From contig NC_085841.1 in assembly GCF_035594765.1 (NCBI RefSeq), forward strand, positions 167,819,574 through 167,883,573: a stretch of DNA of 64,000 nt, read 5' to 3'. The DNA is from Anolis carolinensis (taxonomy: Eukaryota). Positions 46,150-60,200 of the stretch are shown in pieces. A model generated the notes under the pieces. It was not told where the DNA came from, ran no database searches, and worked only from the letters and a program-made list of their open reading frames with translations. Every line of letters starts with the position of its first letter. Positions within the stretch are counted from its first letter, which is position 1. The position numbers were made by a program, and so were the translations under genes.

Positions 46150-49100
46150 TATATCTATCATTATGGGATAATTAATACACTTGACCTCCAAGTTGTATGG
46201 AAACTCTGCCAGTGCAAAGTTACTCAAGAGATATGATCCAGCATGATTAGAGTAAAACAAATCAGGTCAACAGTATTTATTTACAACTCTTTTAGCAATA
46301 GCTCCACTCATCAGCTGCCCTAGTGCCCAAGAACTGGAATCAAACAAGTAGTCTATTTCTCCCATGGCTGGGAAAAAACCATAGGTTTGGGATATTAGTG
46401 TGGTCTGCTATGCGAATACATTGAGAAATGTAGCTAAAAGCCAGGTGTATTTCTACTGAATGGATTACTCCATCAAATAGAGGTTTCAGGTATCTGTTTT
46501 TAGTGAATCTCTGCTGGCTTCAGTGTTCCTTCCTCCAAGTGCTTTCAAACCAATTGACTTGTAATTGTTCTAATAGGTTCTTGTATTGAAGTCTATTTCT
46601 TTGGTAAAAATTCCCAAGGCCCAGCTTTCTAGTTTCAGCAAAGTACTAGATGTTTACCTTTCCCCAAAGTGTTGTGGGACCTGATCTGTTCTCTGAGAAA
46701 ATTGCAAACAGCCTCCTAGTTTCCTGAGTTCTTCTCTCAGTGCTCAAGGGTATCTTTCATCAGGACCCGCTGACTTAAATGTAGAGATTTTCTTTACACT
46801 AAGCACCTTCTGGTTTCCTCTTACTGAATGAATCTGTATAATAAGTGATTCTAAAAGCGAAACCCTAATTTTCATCTTGGCTTTTTGTCTTGCAGGCATT
46901 CCCCTGTATTTCAACAGGAATTTATGGTATGTAAAACCCATTACAAAGTTTCCATTCAGACTATTTTTCTTCATGACACAAACTAAACTTTAGTTTAAGC
47001 ACCCCTCCCCATGGTTCCCTATTGGAGAATGTTGTTCTATTTCCAGACTTTTCTGCCTTTAATATTATTTGCAGTTTGTTGTACACTGCCTTGTGGCTTG
47101 TATTTTGCTAGCCTGGAGAACACACAAAAAATAATTCCTTACAAACAGTTGGATGACTTAACTTTCTATGAAATACATATTTTAAATTTGCTGCAGTAGA
47201 ATTGCCACATCATGGCTGATGTTATCGCATGATGGTGTCCATGATTCTATGTCCACAATGCATTTTTTCCAAACAGTGCTGTATCATTAATGGAATATAA
47301 TACCATTATTACAAGCCAGAGTTCAGTGACAGAACCCTATTTTCAGTCGAGGAGTTCCAGAGTCTCAATATCTTGGGTCTAAAACAATAGTGGGCAGAAG
47401 ATGTAGCAAATCTCTGTCTAGCAGTTTAGGGAGTCACTGACAGCCAGAGTATATGACATTGGGACAGATTTTCCTTGGGAGATTGTAACTCTTCAAATCT
47501 GACAGCCAGAATGGTTAGTGGTTGTGATGGTTCTTGGTTCTGGAAGATGTATTCAAAAAAGTGAATTACCCAAATCCTGGTTGGATTACTGGTAAGATTT
47601 CCTGAAAGATACATTCCTACATCTCCATATTATACATTTTAGATTATTAATATAGATGAACTGGCAGAAGCAGGCATTCATCTACAAACTGTGTGCTGTG
47701 AGTATCAAAAGAACCAGTTTTGACCCTTCAGAAAAGCCAGGGCCTTGCATTTTGTTGTGGAGGTGTAACAAATACTTATCATCTTGTTTGCAGAGGGAAT
47801 TTTGATGCTGACCTACACGTCAATCCAAACATTTGTTAAATGCAGGACCCAGGGGTTTTAAAATAAATGCATGTTCCCTAATGCTAGTTTATACATTGGT
47901 AATTTGCCAAAATCAATACAGATGAAGAAATACTTGAAAATAATTTAAAATATGGTTTTTAGAAAGGTTTTTCTCAAATGATGGGAAACTTTGACAAGGA
48001 CTGGGCTGACCAGGATCTCCCCAGTTCAAGATTTAGGACCTTATCACATTGGGATGTAATCAATTTATATCAGTGTGCATCCCATTTTTTTTTTTTTTAG
48101 GATTGGATGCATACTGTGTTGAGGCGAGATGCATACTCTCCTTATCACACCTGATTATTACGATTCTTATGATTTGAAAATACTGCACTTTGACTCCACA
48201 CCACAGAAGACTGACCCCTCCTAAACCATTCAAAACACCCCCTGCTTCACCCAATTACCTTTTAATAAGTATTGTTGATGTTATGCATGCAGATTTTCCT
48301 AACACACACAAAAACAGTGCTTAAGCAACAGAAGAATCAGTAATATTTTTTAAAAAACACAATTCGAATTTTGTCTGCAAATAATCCATTTCTGCAATGC
48401 TTTGCAGATGGATTTTGACAGAATACTGATGGGATGGGGTAAATGTCATGTGATGGGACCCTTTCAAAATCATTCTCAAACAGTCTCAGAAACAGAGTAT
48501 TTCCTAATGTGATAACATCCCTATTCTGCTAAAAGTCACACATGGGATTTTCCTTTGGAGCAGGGCAGGAAGAGGTTGCACAGATAGCATGGCTATATAA
48601 TATCTATGCAAGCAGCCTTTTCTGTGTAGAAAATACTGTTTTGTGTGCAAGAATACTCCATATTAAATTTGAATATAATACGTCCTGAACTACAGATAGT
48701 CTTCAGGAAACTGCAGTTTACGAAGACTTTCTTGCATTATTAATACAATTGTTAAAATTACCTGTTGCTTGCTTCAAGAATTACATCCTTTGATCTCAAT
48801 AACCAGAATTAACTAAGTAAAGTCCCGATAAGATTGTTTATTTTTGGAGAAAGCAAATTGTGCAAAGTTAGTAGTTTCCCACTGTCAAATCTATTGAAAG
48901 CAGCAGCATTGTTCCTTAAAACTGGCATATTTTTGTCATTAGCTTGGGAAAAGGGGCTGACTGTGTTAAGTGGGATTTGTTGTCAAATGGAACACAAATA
49001 TCATTTCAGCTCATTTTTATGAGAGCCCATTTTAATGGAAAATTAAGTGTGATTGTTGTGGAATTTGTTTTCCAGATAATCAGATCGCTGTGCTTAATTC

Positions 49101-49175
49101 ACCACTCTTTTTTCTATGCAAATGAACTTTATGAGTATGTACTATTGTGGTGATTGTTTTGAAGTAGGCAAAAAA

Positions 49176-49285
49176 GGGTCTAAATACATTGAAGACACTA
49201 GATCTAATTTGGTCTTGGAAGCTATGCAGGGCAATCCCTGGTTTGTTCTTGAATGGGAGATCACCAACGAATAACCTGTACTATT
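49176..49285 (+). mobile_element. 5S rRNA-derived fragment (SINE head or 5S pseudogene)
   Basis: TCTTGGAAGCTATGCAGGG...CCTGGTT...TTGAATGGGAGA resembles the 5S internal promoter region. Confidence 0.65.
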
Positions 49286-51354
49286 CAGTGATTATTCAGT
49301 TGCTTGCTTTTCCTCCAGGTTTTGGAGGCAACCTGATCTGTAGCATTCACTCTGTTGATTATCTTACTCTCTGTTAATTGTTGAATATTTATTTTCAAAA
49401 GTTGTGTGTGCCATGTACACCACCTATATGTCATTTACTATATGTTATCACTAATAACTTCCAGAGCTTATATGCTTCCCGATTTATTTCTGCCTCCAAA
49501 GTGTCAAGTGTTAGCATGCCAGAATATTAAAGAGACTTTCACTAAGACTGATACAAGGTGACATCTTTGTGACTTTTTCCTCCCAAAGAAATCTCCAAGG
49601 TCTGTCAGTAATAGTTTGGTTCTGATCTTGATTCAATTTATCTGTCAACCAATTTAAAGGGAGTTATGAGAGAGACAGAGAGACAGAGAGACACAGAGAG
49701 AGAGACAGAGAAAAAATTATGAACCATGGAAAAAGCTCCCACCTCTCAAACTTTCTATATAGTCACATGAGACAACATTATACAGTTATGTTTCTGTTAA
49801 ACCGACATTAGAAGAGACTTGTTAAGGTCATTCTCTGAGCCAAAATCACCAATTTGTCTCCACATTTTAATGTGAAAAGGTTTATCAAGCTTGATATACA
49901 TCAAGCAATTGTCTCTATTCTTCCAATAGGTTGTTATATCTGTTTTCCATGCTTTGACTATGAACTGAACAATTCATGGTGGGATGGGAGAGTAAAAGAC
50001 AATTATGGTTGGGTTTGTAAGTGTGTACTCATATGTGTATTGTTGTTCCGTTCTGAACAGTCTTGTTTATTTTCATTTTTTACTCAGTGTGCAAAAATCG
50101 ATGTTGATTTAAGCAATCTGCGTCCAGGCCATTTTTGGAAGGCGCGCCGGGGGGGTGGGGGGTGGGGGAGAAATATTCAAAGCTGGGTTAGTAAGTAAGA
50201 GTCTTTATTGTATTGTATTTTAGAACAAGTCCCTTTGCTAGAGAAGAAAACCATAGATTGTTTTATGCCATTGACGTTCAGCATAATTACCCCCCATCCC
50301 AAGACAAAATTTCTCATCCTAAATTCCTGTTTTCAGAATGCAAATAATTTTGGGATAATATAGGCAATTTGCTTATAGAAGGAAGATGGGTTTCATATTG
50401 AACCAACCTCAGCAGTTTCTGAGATTGCATGGGTAAAAATATAGGGGAAACTATTAGGACTGAGAAGTACCTAGAATTGCTGTTATCATCATCATACATT
50501 TAGTGTCAACATTTTGAGGGCTGAGTAGAAATCTTTTCCTTTTGATGTTGTCCTGGAGCACCCCCCCCCCCCCCAACAGAAAGCAAGAAAAATAGCTAGC
50601 TACAGAAGATATTAACTGAAAGGAAAGCTTTTATTTTGTTTTGTTTTTACAGGAAGGTGTTAGATGGGGAAACATTTGGATGACTTTTTGCACCCAAAGC
50701 TCCCTTCTCTCAGTTCTTAGGATTCTTTATGCTCCTGATTAAATGACTTACGGCTACTGATAGACCTGAGGCAGCTTGCCAGGAAGGCATCATGCCAGGC
50801 ATCCATAAAAAGACTCTTTCATGTGTCTGCTTTTAAAGAACCCCCATATAGATTATACTCATAACATTTTATAAGCTTGAAGTAAAGAATGGCACCAATT
50901 TTGTACATCAGTGTAAATCAATAGAACCCCCATTGCAAAGCCCTCACAAGACAGTTGAGTGTCAACCTGCAGATACAGGAACAAATTGTATTATAATTCC
51001 CTAATGATCTGTGGAAATTAAATTACAGATATAGTAACAGCAAAAGCTTTTCTGGATTTGGTCCTGAAATGGAAAAAAAATGGACAGAGAAATCATGTTA
51101 TTAATCCTCTTCTAGGTATGTTCAGTTAACTCCCATGGTTTCCATGGCCTGTTGCAACTATGTTCCTTTAAGTCAGCTTTGACTTATGCCTGTCACATTT
51201 TAGGGCTTTTTTGCAGGCATGATTTATTGTGAAGATAAATATGAAGCAAAGAAGATCCGTCTTTGGCTTCCTCTTAAGCTGAGGGAGTGTGTGTTGCCCA
51301 AATGTACCCAGTGGGTAACAGTGGTCAACCAGAGATTCAAACCTTGGCCTCCTA

Positions 51355-51621
51355 GGGCCCTTCCACACTGCCATATAACCCAGAATTTCAAGGCAGATAA
51401 TACACAATATCTGTTTTGAACTGGATTATCAGAGCCCACATGTGGATTTTATACAGCTGTCTGGAAGGGGCCATAGGATAGATCTACACTGCCATATAAT
51501 CCAAATGATCAAAACAAAATCCTCATCATCTGCTTTGAACTGAATTATATAAGCTTACAGTTCCATATAATAGCATTTGAAGCAGATAATCTGGATTTTA
51601 TACTGCAGTGTAGATGGGCAC
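51355..51621. mobile_element. Two adjacent Harbinger-like MITEs (51355-51472 and 51476-51621)
   Basis: Each has family TIRs; the second is flanked by ATA/ATA. Confidence 0.75.
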
Positions 51622-51919
51622 ATAGAGTTCTGGCCCAATACACAAACCACTTGACTCCTCTATTTTCTACTTTCCCGTAAACAGAATCAGCCATATTAGC
51701 AATACATACCATATAGGATACATACCATATTACGTTGGAGTGATGACGGGTGAACTCCCCAGTTCATTTTACAATATTTTGGGCCCGAAACAGAGTGAGA
51801 TGGAAATGAAAAGTTATCTCACTGTCTGTGAATATATTCATGTAGAAGAGGCATTACTGTTGCTATGTTCTTGAAATATTTTTCTTAAGCCAGGTGTGAC
51901 CCATCCTATACCATAGAAT

Positions 51920-53107
51920 GTTTTTTTTTTCTACCTAAGTGCAGCACCTTACATTTCTCTCTGTTGAAATTTATTTTGTTATTTTGGGCTCAGCTCTCTA
52001 ATCTGTTACTGTCATTTTAGATTCTGCTTCTGGAATATTAGCTATCACTTCTAATTTGGTGTCATCTGCAAATTTGACAAGCATTTCTTCTATTCCATCT
52101 TCCAGAGTCATTTATAAAAATGTTAAATAGCATTGGGTCCAGGACAGAACCTGGTAGTCACTTTCCAGGATGAGGAGAAGTCATTGGTAAGCATCTTTTG
52201 GATTCAGTTGGTCAAGCAATTACAAATTCACCTAGTAGCAGCATTGTCTGGCCCACTAACTTGCTTTTTTTACTGGCTTGTTTGCATAAATATCATGAAA
52301 GATCTTGTCAGAGCTTTTTAAAAATTGAAATCAAGGTATGCTACATCCACAACATTCCTTTCATCTACCAAGTGTATAACTCTGTCAATAATTTAAACAA
52401 ATGATGACTTCTTTTTGAGAAGCCCATGCTAAGTTTTAATTGCATACCTCTCTAAGTGCTTATAGACTATCTGTGTAGTGATCTGCTTTTTCCTTTCCTT
52501 GTATTGATGTCAGGCTAACTGGGCAGTAATTATTGGGACCTTGTTCTCCCTTTTTGAAGATGGAGACATTTGCCTGCCTCCACTTTCCTGTTCTCCAGGA
52601 ACTCTTGTATATGAATGCTAGTAGTTCTGAGATTACTTCTGCCCGTTCCTTTAATACTGTAATCCATTTCACCCTGGAGACTGTAATTCATTTAGCGTAT
52701 TCCTGTACTATCTCTTCACCTATTCTGGGCTACATTTCCCATACTGCATCATTTGCTGCATCAGCCCCGGGTTCAGTACTGTTTACCTTATAAGAATAAA
52801 AGACTGAGGCAAATAAGTACTCTGCCTTTAACTCCCCCCCTCTCTCTGTAGAAGTTATTAATCTTCTTTATGCAGAAGCCCTAGCATTTTATAGCTCTTT
52901 CTTTTGCTACAGACATAACCTCTCCAACCCCCGCCCCCTTTTATGGTTTTTAACCTCTATTGTTTTTCTGATTTTCTCTTTATGGCTATTCATTCCAGTT
53001 CCTCTTTGATCACCCCCCCCCCCTTTTCATTTTAAACCTTAGCTCTGTTGAACATTCTTTATATATCCATTCTAGCTGCTTTAGAGACATTCCATCTTCC
53101 ATCCTCA
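51920..53107 (-). mobile_element. CR1 ORF2 internal fragment (degenerate)
   Basis: LKE.AEVISE.L..I...SWRTG...W..ANV..IFKKG...NY.PVSLTS..GK and downstream RT motifs. Confidence 0.88.
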
Positions 53108-53114
53108 TTTGAAC

Positions 53115-53545
53115 TTTCTATGGGTGAACTACAATTCACATCATGCCAAGTTAATTCCCCTCAAGCTCCACCAGTACTTAAAGTTTGTCAAGTTGGGTAT
53201 GTGTGCCAACTTTAATCTAGATCCATCATTGGTGAGGTTCAGAGTGCTCGCTAGCTTCATGATGAACATCCATCATGCTGGATCAGTCACCCAAACCCAT
53301 CTAGTATTTTCTGTTGGTCATGGGGGTTCTGTGTGCCAAGTTAGGTCGAGATTCATTGACGGTGGGGTCCAGAGTGCTGTGTTGATACAGGGTGAACTAC
53401 AAATCCCACACTAGTAAGTCAGTCATCCCAAATCCCTCCATTATGTTCTGTTGGTCATGCGGGTTCTGTGTGTCAAGTGGAGTCCAGATCCAACATTGGT
53501 GAGCTTCAGAGTGTTCTCTGGATGCAGGGTGAATTACTATTCACT
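53115..53545. repeat. Degenerate ~110-bp tandem units, probably internal to a Helitron-type repeat
   Basis: Recurrent GGGTGAACTACAA, TTGGTCATG.GGGTTCTGTGTG and TTCAGAGTG blocks. Confidence 0.6.
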
Positions 53546-54440
53546 TTAAGGAAATTCCCATTCATTATAAACACCCTTCTCTTTCAATATCCCAGATCAT
53601 GGGATCATACTCAGTATTTCATTAAGTTTATTGCAATCAGATTTCGTAAATTCTAGAATGCATGTATGACTGGCTACTTTCGGTTTGACTTCGCCTGGGA
53701 ATGATCAGGTACAGAATTAGCAAGTGACTTAATCACCACTTCTTAGTTTTTCAGATGTCTTTTCTTACCTAAATTCTATGGTTTATTTTCCTGGATGCCT
53801 GGAAGCCTAATTTTCTGAGACATTTTCCCTTAAATGAACAGTCAAAAAGGGGAAAGTGTTAGGACAATTTAGTGAAGAGGTCATTGGATGAAGAGCACAA
53901 AACAGAAGTCCCAACACATTATCTAGATTACATTTGTCCTTGAATGCCAGAGAGGTTAGTGGCACATGCCTCCTTGCTGTGATCCTCAGCCTTTTTATAA
54001 AACTGATAATATAACTTAGCAATTATATAGCACCCCTCCTGAGTTCAAAGTACTCCATATATCTTTGCATTAATTCTTACATCATATCTGTAAGATAGAG
54101 TGTCTGTCTCCCTCTGACTAGCTTTGTTACATAAATTCAAAGTGGTTGAAAACATAAAACATTCAAACAGAATACACAATTCATGATTGATAGCTTTGCT
54201 TGAAGTGGGTATACATAAAATGGCTCAATGAGTTTGTAGCTGCCATGCAAATTCGGGTTTTCTTTTCATAGCTCCTGTTTCAGATGGATGAGCTATCTGA
54301 AACCTACTCAGAAATTATTCAGGATCATCTGCAAAATAAAAATAAAAAATCAGAAGAACTTGAGTGATTTTTCAGAGTGAGTGCTAGGATGTCTGCCCAT
54401 CTCCATCTCATTTTCAGTTTCCAACAAATATTCATTATTA

Positions 54441-54739
54441 CAGTAGAGTCTTGCTTATCCAACATAAACGGGCCAGCAGAACGCTGGATAAGCAAATATG
54501 TTGGATAACAAGGAGAGATTAAGGAGAAGCATATTAAACACCAAATTAGGTTATGATTTTACAAATTAAGCACCAAAACATCATGTCATACAACAGAAAA
54601 AGTAGTTCAATACGCAGTAATGCTACATAGTAATTACTGTATTTACGAATTTAGCACCAAAATATTATGATATATTGATAACATTGACTTCAAAAATGTG
54701 TTGGATAATCCAGAACGTTGGATAAGTGAGGCTCTACTG
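54441..54739 (-). mobile_element. Tc1/mariner (pogo-type) MITE copy 2
   Basis: Inverted homologue of 18587-18907; TA flanks. Confidence 0.9.
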
Positions 54740-56078
54740 TACTTCCAATCCTAACTTTTTTTTTACAGATGTTTCCCCTCCTTCATGTCGGCATGTACTG
54801 AGAGAGGAGGAGGAGATTTGTTTTGTCCTTTCTCTTGTCTGTCTCTGTTGCCCACTATAGTGCACATCCCTGAAAGATATGGGACAGGTTTTTTTTTCTC
54901 ACTCATATCTTTGTTTTCGCCAAAAAAGAATGCTATAAAATCTTCTCTCTTGTTTGAGGTAAATGTAATGTGTTCCTACTTGAAATTAGCCTTGAAGTTC
55001 CACCTACCTTATCTTTCTGCCCTTGGGTTTCCTCCTTGGATTTGGTACCTGGCCCAAAAGTGACTGACTGTTTGTCAGACCGTTCTCTGGTTTTATACTC
55101 CAGCATTCTGAAGGCTGTGATTGACTGACTTGACTTAGGATTGCCCAGTCCTCTTTTCACAGTAGACTTTTGTGATTCCATGAAGGCTGTTTATGAACTT
55201 GATGGAGCAGATCTCTGCTACCAAATTTATTGCTTCTTCTTGAAGTACAACATATACACTTATCACATGGAAGGTAATAGGTAAAGAGGCAACAAAGAAG
55301 TGACTATCCTAATCTCTATCCTAATTCTTTGAACAGTCACTAAGAAGGCCCTCTTTCACATCCTTTCTAATGAATCTATGGAGAGGGTGAGATCTAAAAT
55401 CCTTGTAAATTGGCCCTCTGTATATACAGAAGCCTTACATAAGTGTTCATTGCCATACATGGGCAGAGTTCTAAAAATGCCTTCTTCTAGTCTTCTAGTC
55501 TTCTTTCCCACGTTGAGGAAAGATCTGAAAAAGAGTACCATGTAATTCAAGTGGTCAAATGTGGAGGAAGTAGACTGATAAGGCATTTTTTAATTACATG
55601 GATCCAAATAACTGCTTTCACTTGAGTTTGATTGCAGATTTTTTTTCAGATCTTCCCCATCAATGCAAGAAGGGACCAAAGGCAGAGGGAGTATAGTTTT
55701 GCTTCCAGCTCCCTTTACTCTGAGTCCCTTCAGGGAGATATAGCTGAATATAAATAAAGATATTAATAATTTTATTTATTTACTTATGAACCCAAAGGAA
55801 CCCTTTAATAGGGCTATATGTTGCCTACATACATTTTAATATGTGTATTTTTAGTATTTTTACAATGTTCATGCATTTTAATTCTGTAACTCATCTCGAG
55901 GAGAGGCGAGTAAGAAATAAAATTATTATTATTGTTATTATTACACAATGTACCTATGCCCAGTTGATGTATACTTAGAATCTGTTCACAAGTTCAGGAG
56001 AAAAGCTAACAGATCTGAAATTCCAAACACTTTCATGATTTCATGATACATACAATTTTAAGTCCATGTGGTGGTTTC

Positions 56079-56273
56079 CAGGCCTGTAGCAAGGGGGAAG
56101 GTTTAGGGGTTCAACATTACATAGGGGTTCACAAAACATTAAGAGTCCCTCCAGGCACTATCTCGAGCAGATATTGACAGGTCTGTAGCCGGGGGAGGGG
56201 GTGCTAGGGGTTCAACCCCCCCCCCCCCCATTTTCAAAACCCCTCCCGAATTTTTTTTCTGGCTACGGCCCTG
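56079..56273 (+). mobile_element. hAT MITE, G/C-tract family, copy 3
   Basis: Family TIRs; TSD GTGGTTTC/GTGGTCTC. Confidence 0.88.
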
Positions 56274-59200
56274 GTGGTCTCCATTTCAAGAAACACCCAC
56301 TCTACTTAAATACACATTTGAAATGGATATGCATTTGAAATGCACACTGTATTGACTGATTCTGAAGCAAATAAAGTAACTGTTGCTTGAGATCTGTTAG
56401 AATATTAAAAGTGTTTCAGTAAAATAATTAGCTGCTCTATGTAAAATTTTGTCACATACATTATTTAACAGAGGTCTTTTTTTAAACAGTATGCTGCCCA
56501 TGTTTTCAACTGTTTCCTCTATCCATTTCTCTCTGGAATACTTTATACATGCTTGGAAATTATTACCAGAGTGCCCATTGATTAACTCTCAGCCATCTAA
56601 AATTAGCATTAATAGGATATATTTAGCAGACACACTGACTCTGGAAAGAAGTTCAGAGATATTACATTCAGTGCTTTGATGGCTACTGTGCAATGGAATA
56701 GGGGCCTTTTCCACCACCATTCGAGCATAAATATCAAAATTTACTGGAAGTCTCATTATCAGTGAGTGCTTCCCACATTATTCCACATTCTTTCTTCACC
56801 ACAAGATGTGTGTTTGCATTTGCATAGTCATCTGCAAGCAATAAAGAGAATAACTATAACACTTTCTTTTAAAATCCTTTCTTTAAAAACAAAACAAAAC
56901 TTGAGTGCATTGGAAATTTAATTTTGTAAAACAGGATTGTTACACTGCTAAAAACCAGAAATGATTGCTAAATTACAATTCCCACAATAGCTCACAATTG
57001 TCTATCCTGTTTCGGACAGATGAGTTTCCCATCAGCAAGATTCCCACCTAGCCACATGAACCAAAGTTGCTGCGTAATACAACTGCTTAGGTTTGGATTT
57101 AAACTGAGATAAAAAGAGTCTGGTCAGTGTCAATCAACAGTACCAGAAGCAGAAGTCCCGGTTCTGGCATCCTATCTGGGCCAGAGGTTGAACTATCAGT
57201 CCCTTCATCCATGCTGCCATGATGAAGGACTTTAGGAACATGTATCCTCCAGCCAGGAACCCACACCACATTTTGACTCAATCAGTGCAGAAATACACAG
57301 AGGGAAGTAGTGTTAAACTCTTCAAGGGCCTCAACTTTTCAAGTGAGAAGTGAAAACGGAGAAATGTAATCTCATAAAAAACTTATTTTAGGCTCAGGTC
57401 GGAGCAAAATAAAAGAACTTCCCTTGATGTGTGGCTACAAAACTGTCAAGAGAAAAAAAAAACGGTGGGATGGTGCTCATTAAATCTCTGCTGACTTCTG
57501 ATAAAATGCTCTGCAATGTTTGTGTTGATTTTCATAGCTTGCCTTGAGGCAATTAGTCCAGTGTGATGTGTAGGGAGGGTGTGATAGAATGAGAAAACAA
57601 TAATTCATGCATCATCCCACCAGTTTTTTTCCGACAAGGGTTATGGACCCAGTCCTGCAGCATTCTGCTGCTTATATGTGGACTGTAAGAACCATAATCC
57701 CAGCGATGGCTGGTGAGGAAAATTCACCTCATCTGGTGCCTCATCTGGGATTGCATTTCATGGCATTGGACTCCTTGCCAGGACGCCCCCATTTCCCCTC
57801 ACATTTTAAGAATGCTTGAAGGGGAATAATGGGTTAGTGTATAAAAGCAGTAAAATAAAGATATGTGGTCATCATGTCTTTTCACAGGAAGCTAGAGTAA
57901 AACGGTCTTGACCCTTTTAACTGTAAACCAACAGAGAAAATCCCTAAAATAATGAAACTATTGAAACAAGTTCCAAATTTCATTAAAGAAAACCAAGTTT
58001 TATCCCACAATATACAGTGGTTCTCCAAACCCCATGCTGTGTGAACTCCTCTGTTACATTGCTGCAATTATTATGCCAATCCAGTCAAGCTGGATAATTC
58101 ATAAATGAGCTCAATTAGCTGGTGACATTCAGAGTATGAAAAGTAGTAAATATCCAGCTAAGTTGGTGGGGGTTTTTTTGGGGTGGGGGGTGGGGGGGGG
58201 TTTGTTTTCCCTGTCAGAAATGTGTTGAGGTTGGTGATATCTAGAAAAGTCTGTAAAACTTTCAGCAGGCATACTTGCAAAATTCAACAAGCACTGTGAT
58301 AAAATTTCCATATTTCATCCTGAGAGGTAGGGATCTTAATTATCTCTGTTGCTTAGCATAATGAACCTAGTCTCTTAAAGCTGCATAGCTTGGGATAGGT
58401 GCATTTCATCATCTGAAATACAGTACTTGACAAAGGAAACCTTGCCAGGCCCTTTCAGTAGTCCTACATAGAGAGAAACCAAACAAGGTACTTTTCTGTT
58501 CCTTTTCTTCCTGCTCAAAGATGTGACGAGTCTGTGCTTCTATTTCTTCATTGTACTTTGTTCCTGGTGCTATCAGTACAGCAAGATAGGAGAGCTCCTA
58601 TATTACTGAGAAGGGTAAGAATAGATGGAGCAAGGAAAGAATGAAACTCTACATAGCTCTCTCTGATGAATGGCTGGTACTGTTTCCAAGCCAGGAACCA
58701 GATTTAGATGGCAAGCTCTAGCTGCTTCTTCAGTCCCAACTCTATGGGTTTTGCCTGGGCTAATGACAGGGAATTTCAGCCTGGAAGTGGATTCTGACTT
58801 TATCTCTTTAGCACCTCTTTAATGTACTGTGCGCTATTGACTACTGTGAACCCTTTCACCTTTCTTTTGTCTGGCAATGTGACATCCAAGAAAGCTGATG
58901 CATCAGCAGCAAATGAAATTCAGTGACTAGAATAAAATATGGCTTTTACCACACACAAATTGGTTAATTTTGAAAGCAAGGATGGTCAATGAATTGGACT
59001 ATCTTAAGGGAAACCTGGGTTCATGTATATGGGAAGGCACAGAAAGTTTTCACAGTTTCGTAGTTGGGGGAAAGGTAGTCAACATGACAAAACGTTTTGC
59101 TTATTTATTTAGATTATTTTAAAAACCTTTTTTTTAAATTAACATAATCTTGATTTAAGTCTTAATTGTTAGACTCAACAAGAGTATGTCTACTGATTCA

Positions 59201-59294
59201 ATGGGAACTTCGCAAGTCAATTTATGTGTAAGTTTAATTGATCCAGTGGGTGTATTCTATTAAAACTTACAAAGGTATTTAGGTTCTTTTAGGA

Positions 59295-59429
59295 CAGTGG
59301 TTCTCAACCTGGGGTCCTCGGATGTTTTTGGCCTTCAGCTCCCAGAAATCCTAACAGCTGGTAAACAGGCTGGAATTTCTGGGAGTTGTAGGTCAGAAAC
59401 ATCTGGAGTCCCCATGTTGAGGACCACTG
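59295..59429. mobile_element. Palindromic hAT MITE
   Basis: TIR CAGTGGTTCTCAAC / GTTGAGGACCACTG; perfect TSD TTTTAGGA. Confidence 0.9.
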
Positions 59430-59604
59430 TTTTAGGAAATTTTTTAAAAATAATCCTATTCTTGCCACCTTCCATGAACAGAACAAACTAATAACTGATG
59501 TTGAATATTATACCAGTGATGAGGACTTGTCATACTCCACATGAGCATTTTTAATTTTTGATTTATTTGATTATTCGTGGATTTGATTAATATCTTCTCT
59601 TTAG

Positions 59605-59747
59605 GGCCCCTTCTACACCGTCATATAAAATCCAGATCATCTGCTTTGAACTGGATTATATGACTGTATAGACTCATATAATCCAAAGCAGATAATGTGG
59701 ATTATCTATTTTGATAATCTGGATTATATTGCAGTGTAGTAGGGGCC
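59605..59747. mobile_element. Harbinger-like MITE nested in a pogo-type MITE (~59540-60039)
   Basis: GGCCCCTTCTACAC...GTGTAGTAGGGGCC; TSD TAG. Confidence 0.82.
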
Positions 59748-60099
59748 TAGGAATGTCTAGGTCCTCCAGTTTGACTCCGTGGTCAACATCTAGCTGAAGT
59801 GTACCATAAAATTACACTGGAGGAGCAAGAAATTACTAAAGAGCAAGAAATTACTATAGGTTCTCCAGTCAATTCTATTGCCAATGTCCAAAATACCTGA
59901 AATAGAAGTTTATCATAGAATTGCATTAACTATTGAAGTGTTCTCTCAGGTAAAAAGCCAATAATTCTTTAATGTGTGGATTTTCCACTTTCATGAGTGT
60001 CTTGTGTCCTTAACCCCCATGAAAGTAGAGGCCTTACTGTATGGGAAAATACACCAATAACAGGCAGCCAGTAGTAAAAGGGATAGATTCAGGATAACA

Positions 60100-60200
60100 G
60101 TATTTATTTATTTATTTATTACATCACTTCTACCCTGCCCTTCTCACCCATCAGGGGACTCAGGGCGGCTTACAATATAAAAACATACATAAAAACAGTT
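60100..60200 (-). mobile_element. L2-type 3' tail
   Basis: (TAAA)n plus stem-loop GTAAGCCGCCCTGAGTCCCC...GGGTGAGAAGGGCAGGG on the minus strand. Confidence 0.75.

Noticed and set aside
53115-53545. Repeat-spacer-like array
   Set aside because: Degenerate tandem units in a eukaryotic repeat; the intervening parts are homologous to each other and no cas genes exist, so it is not CRISPR.
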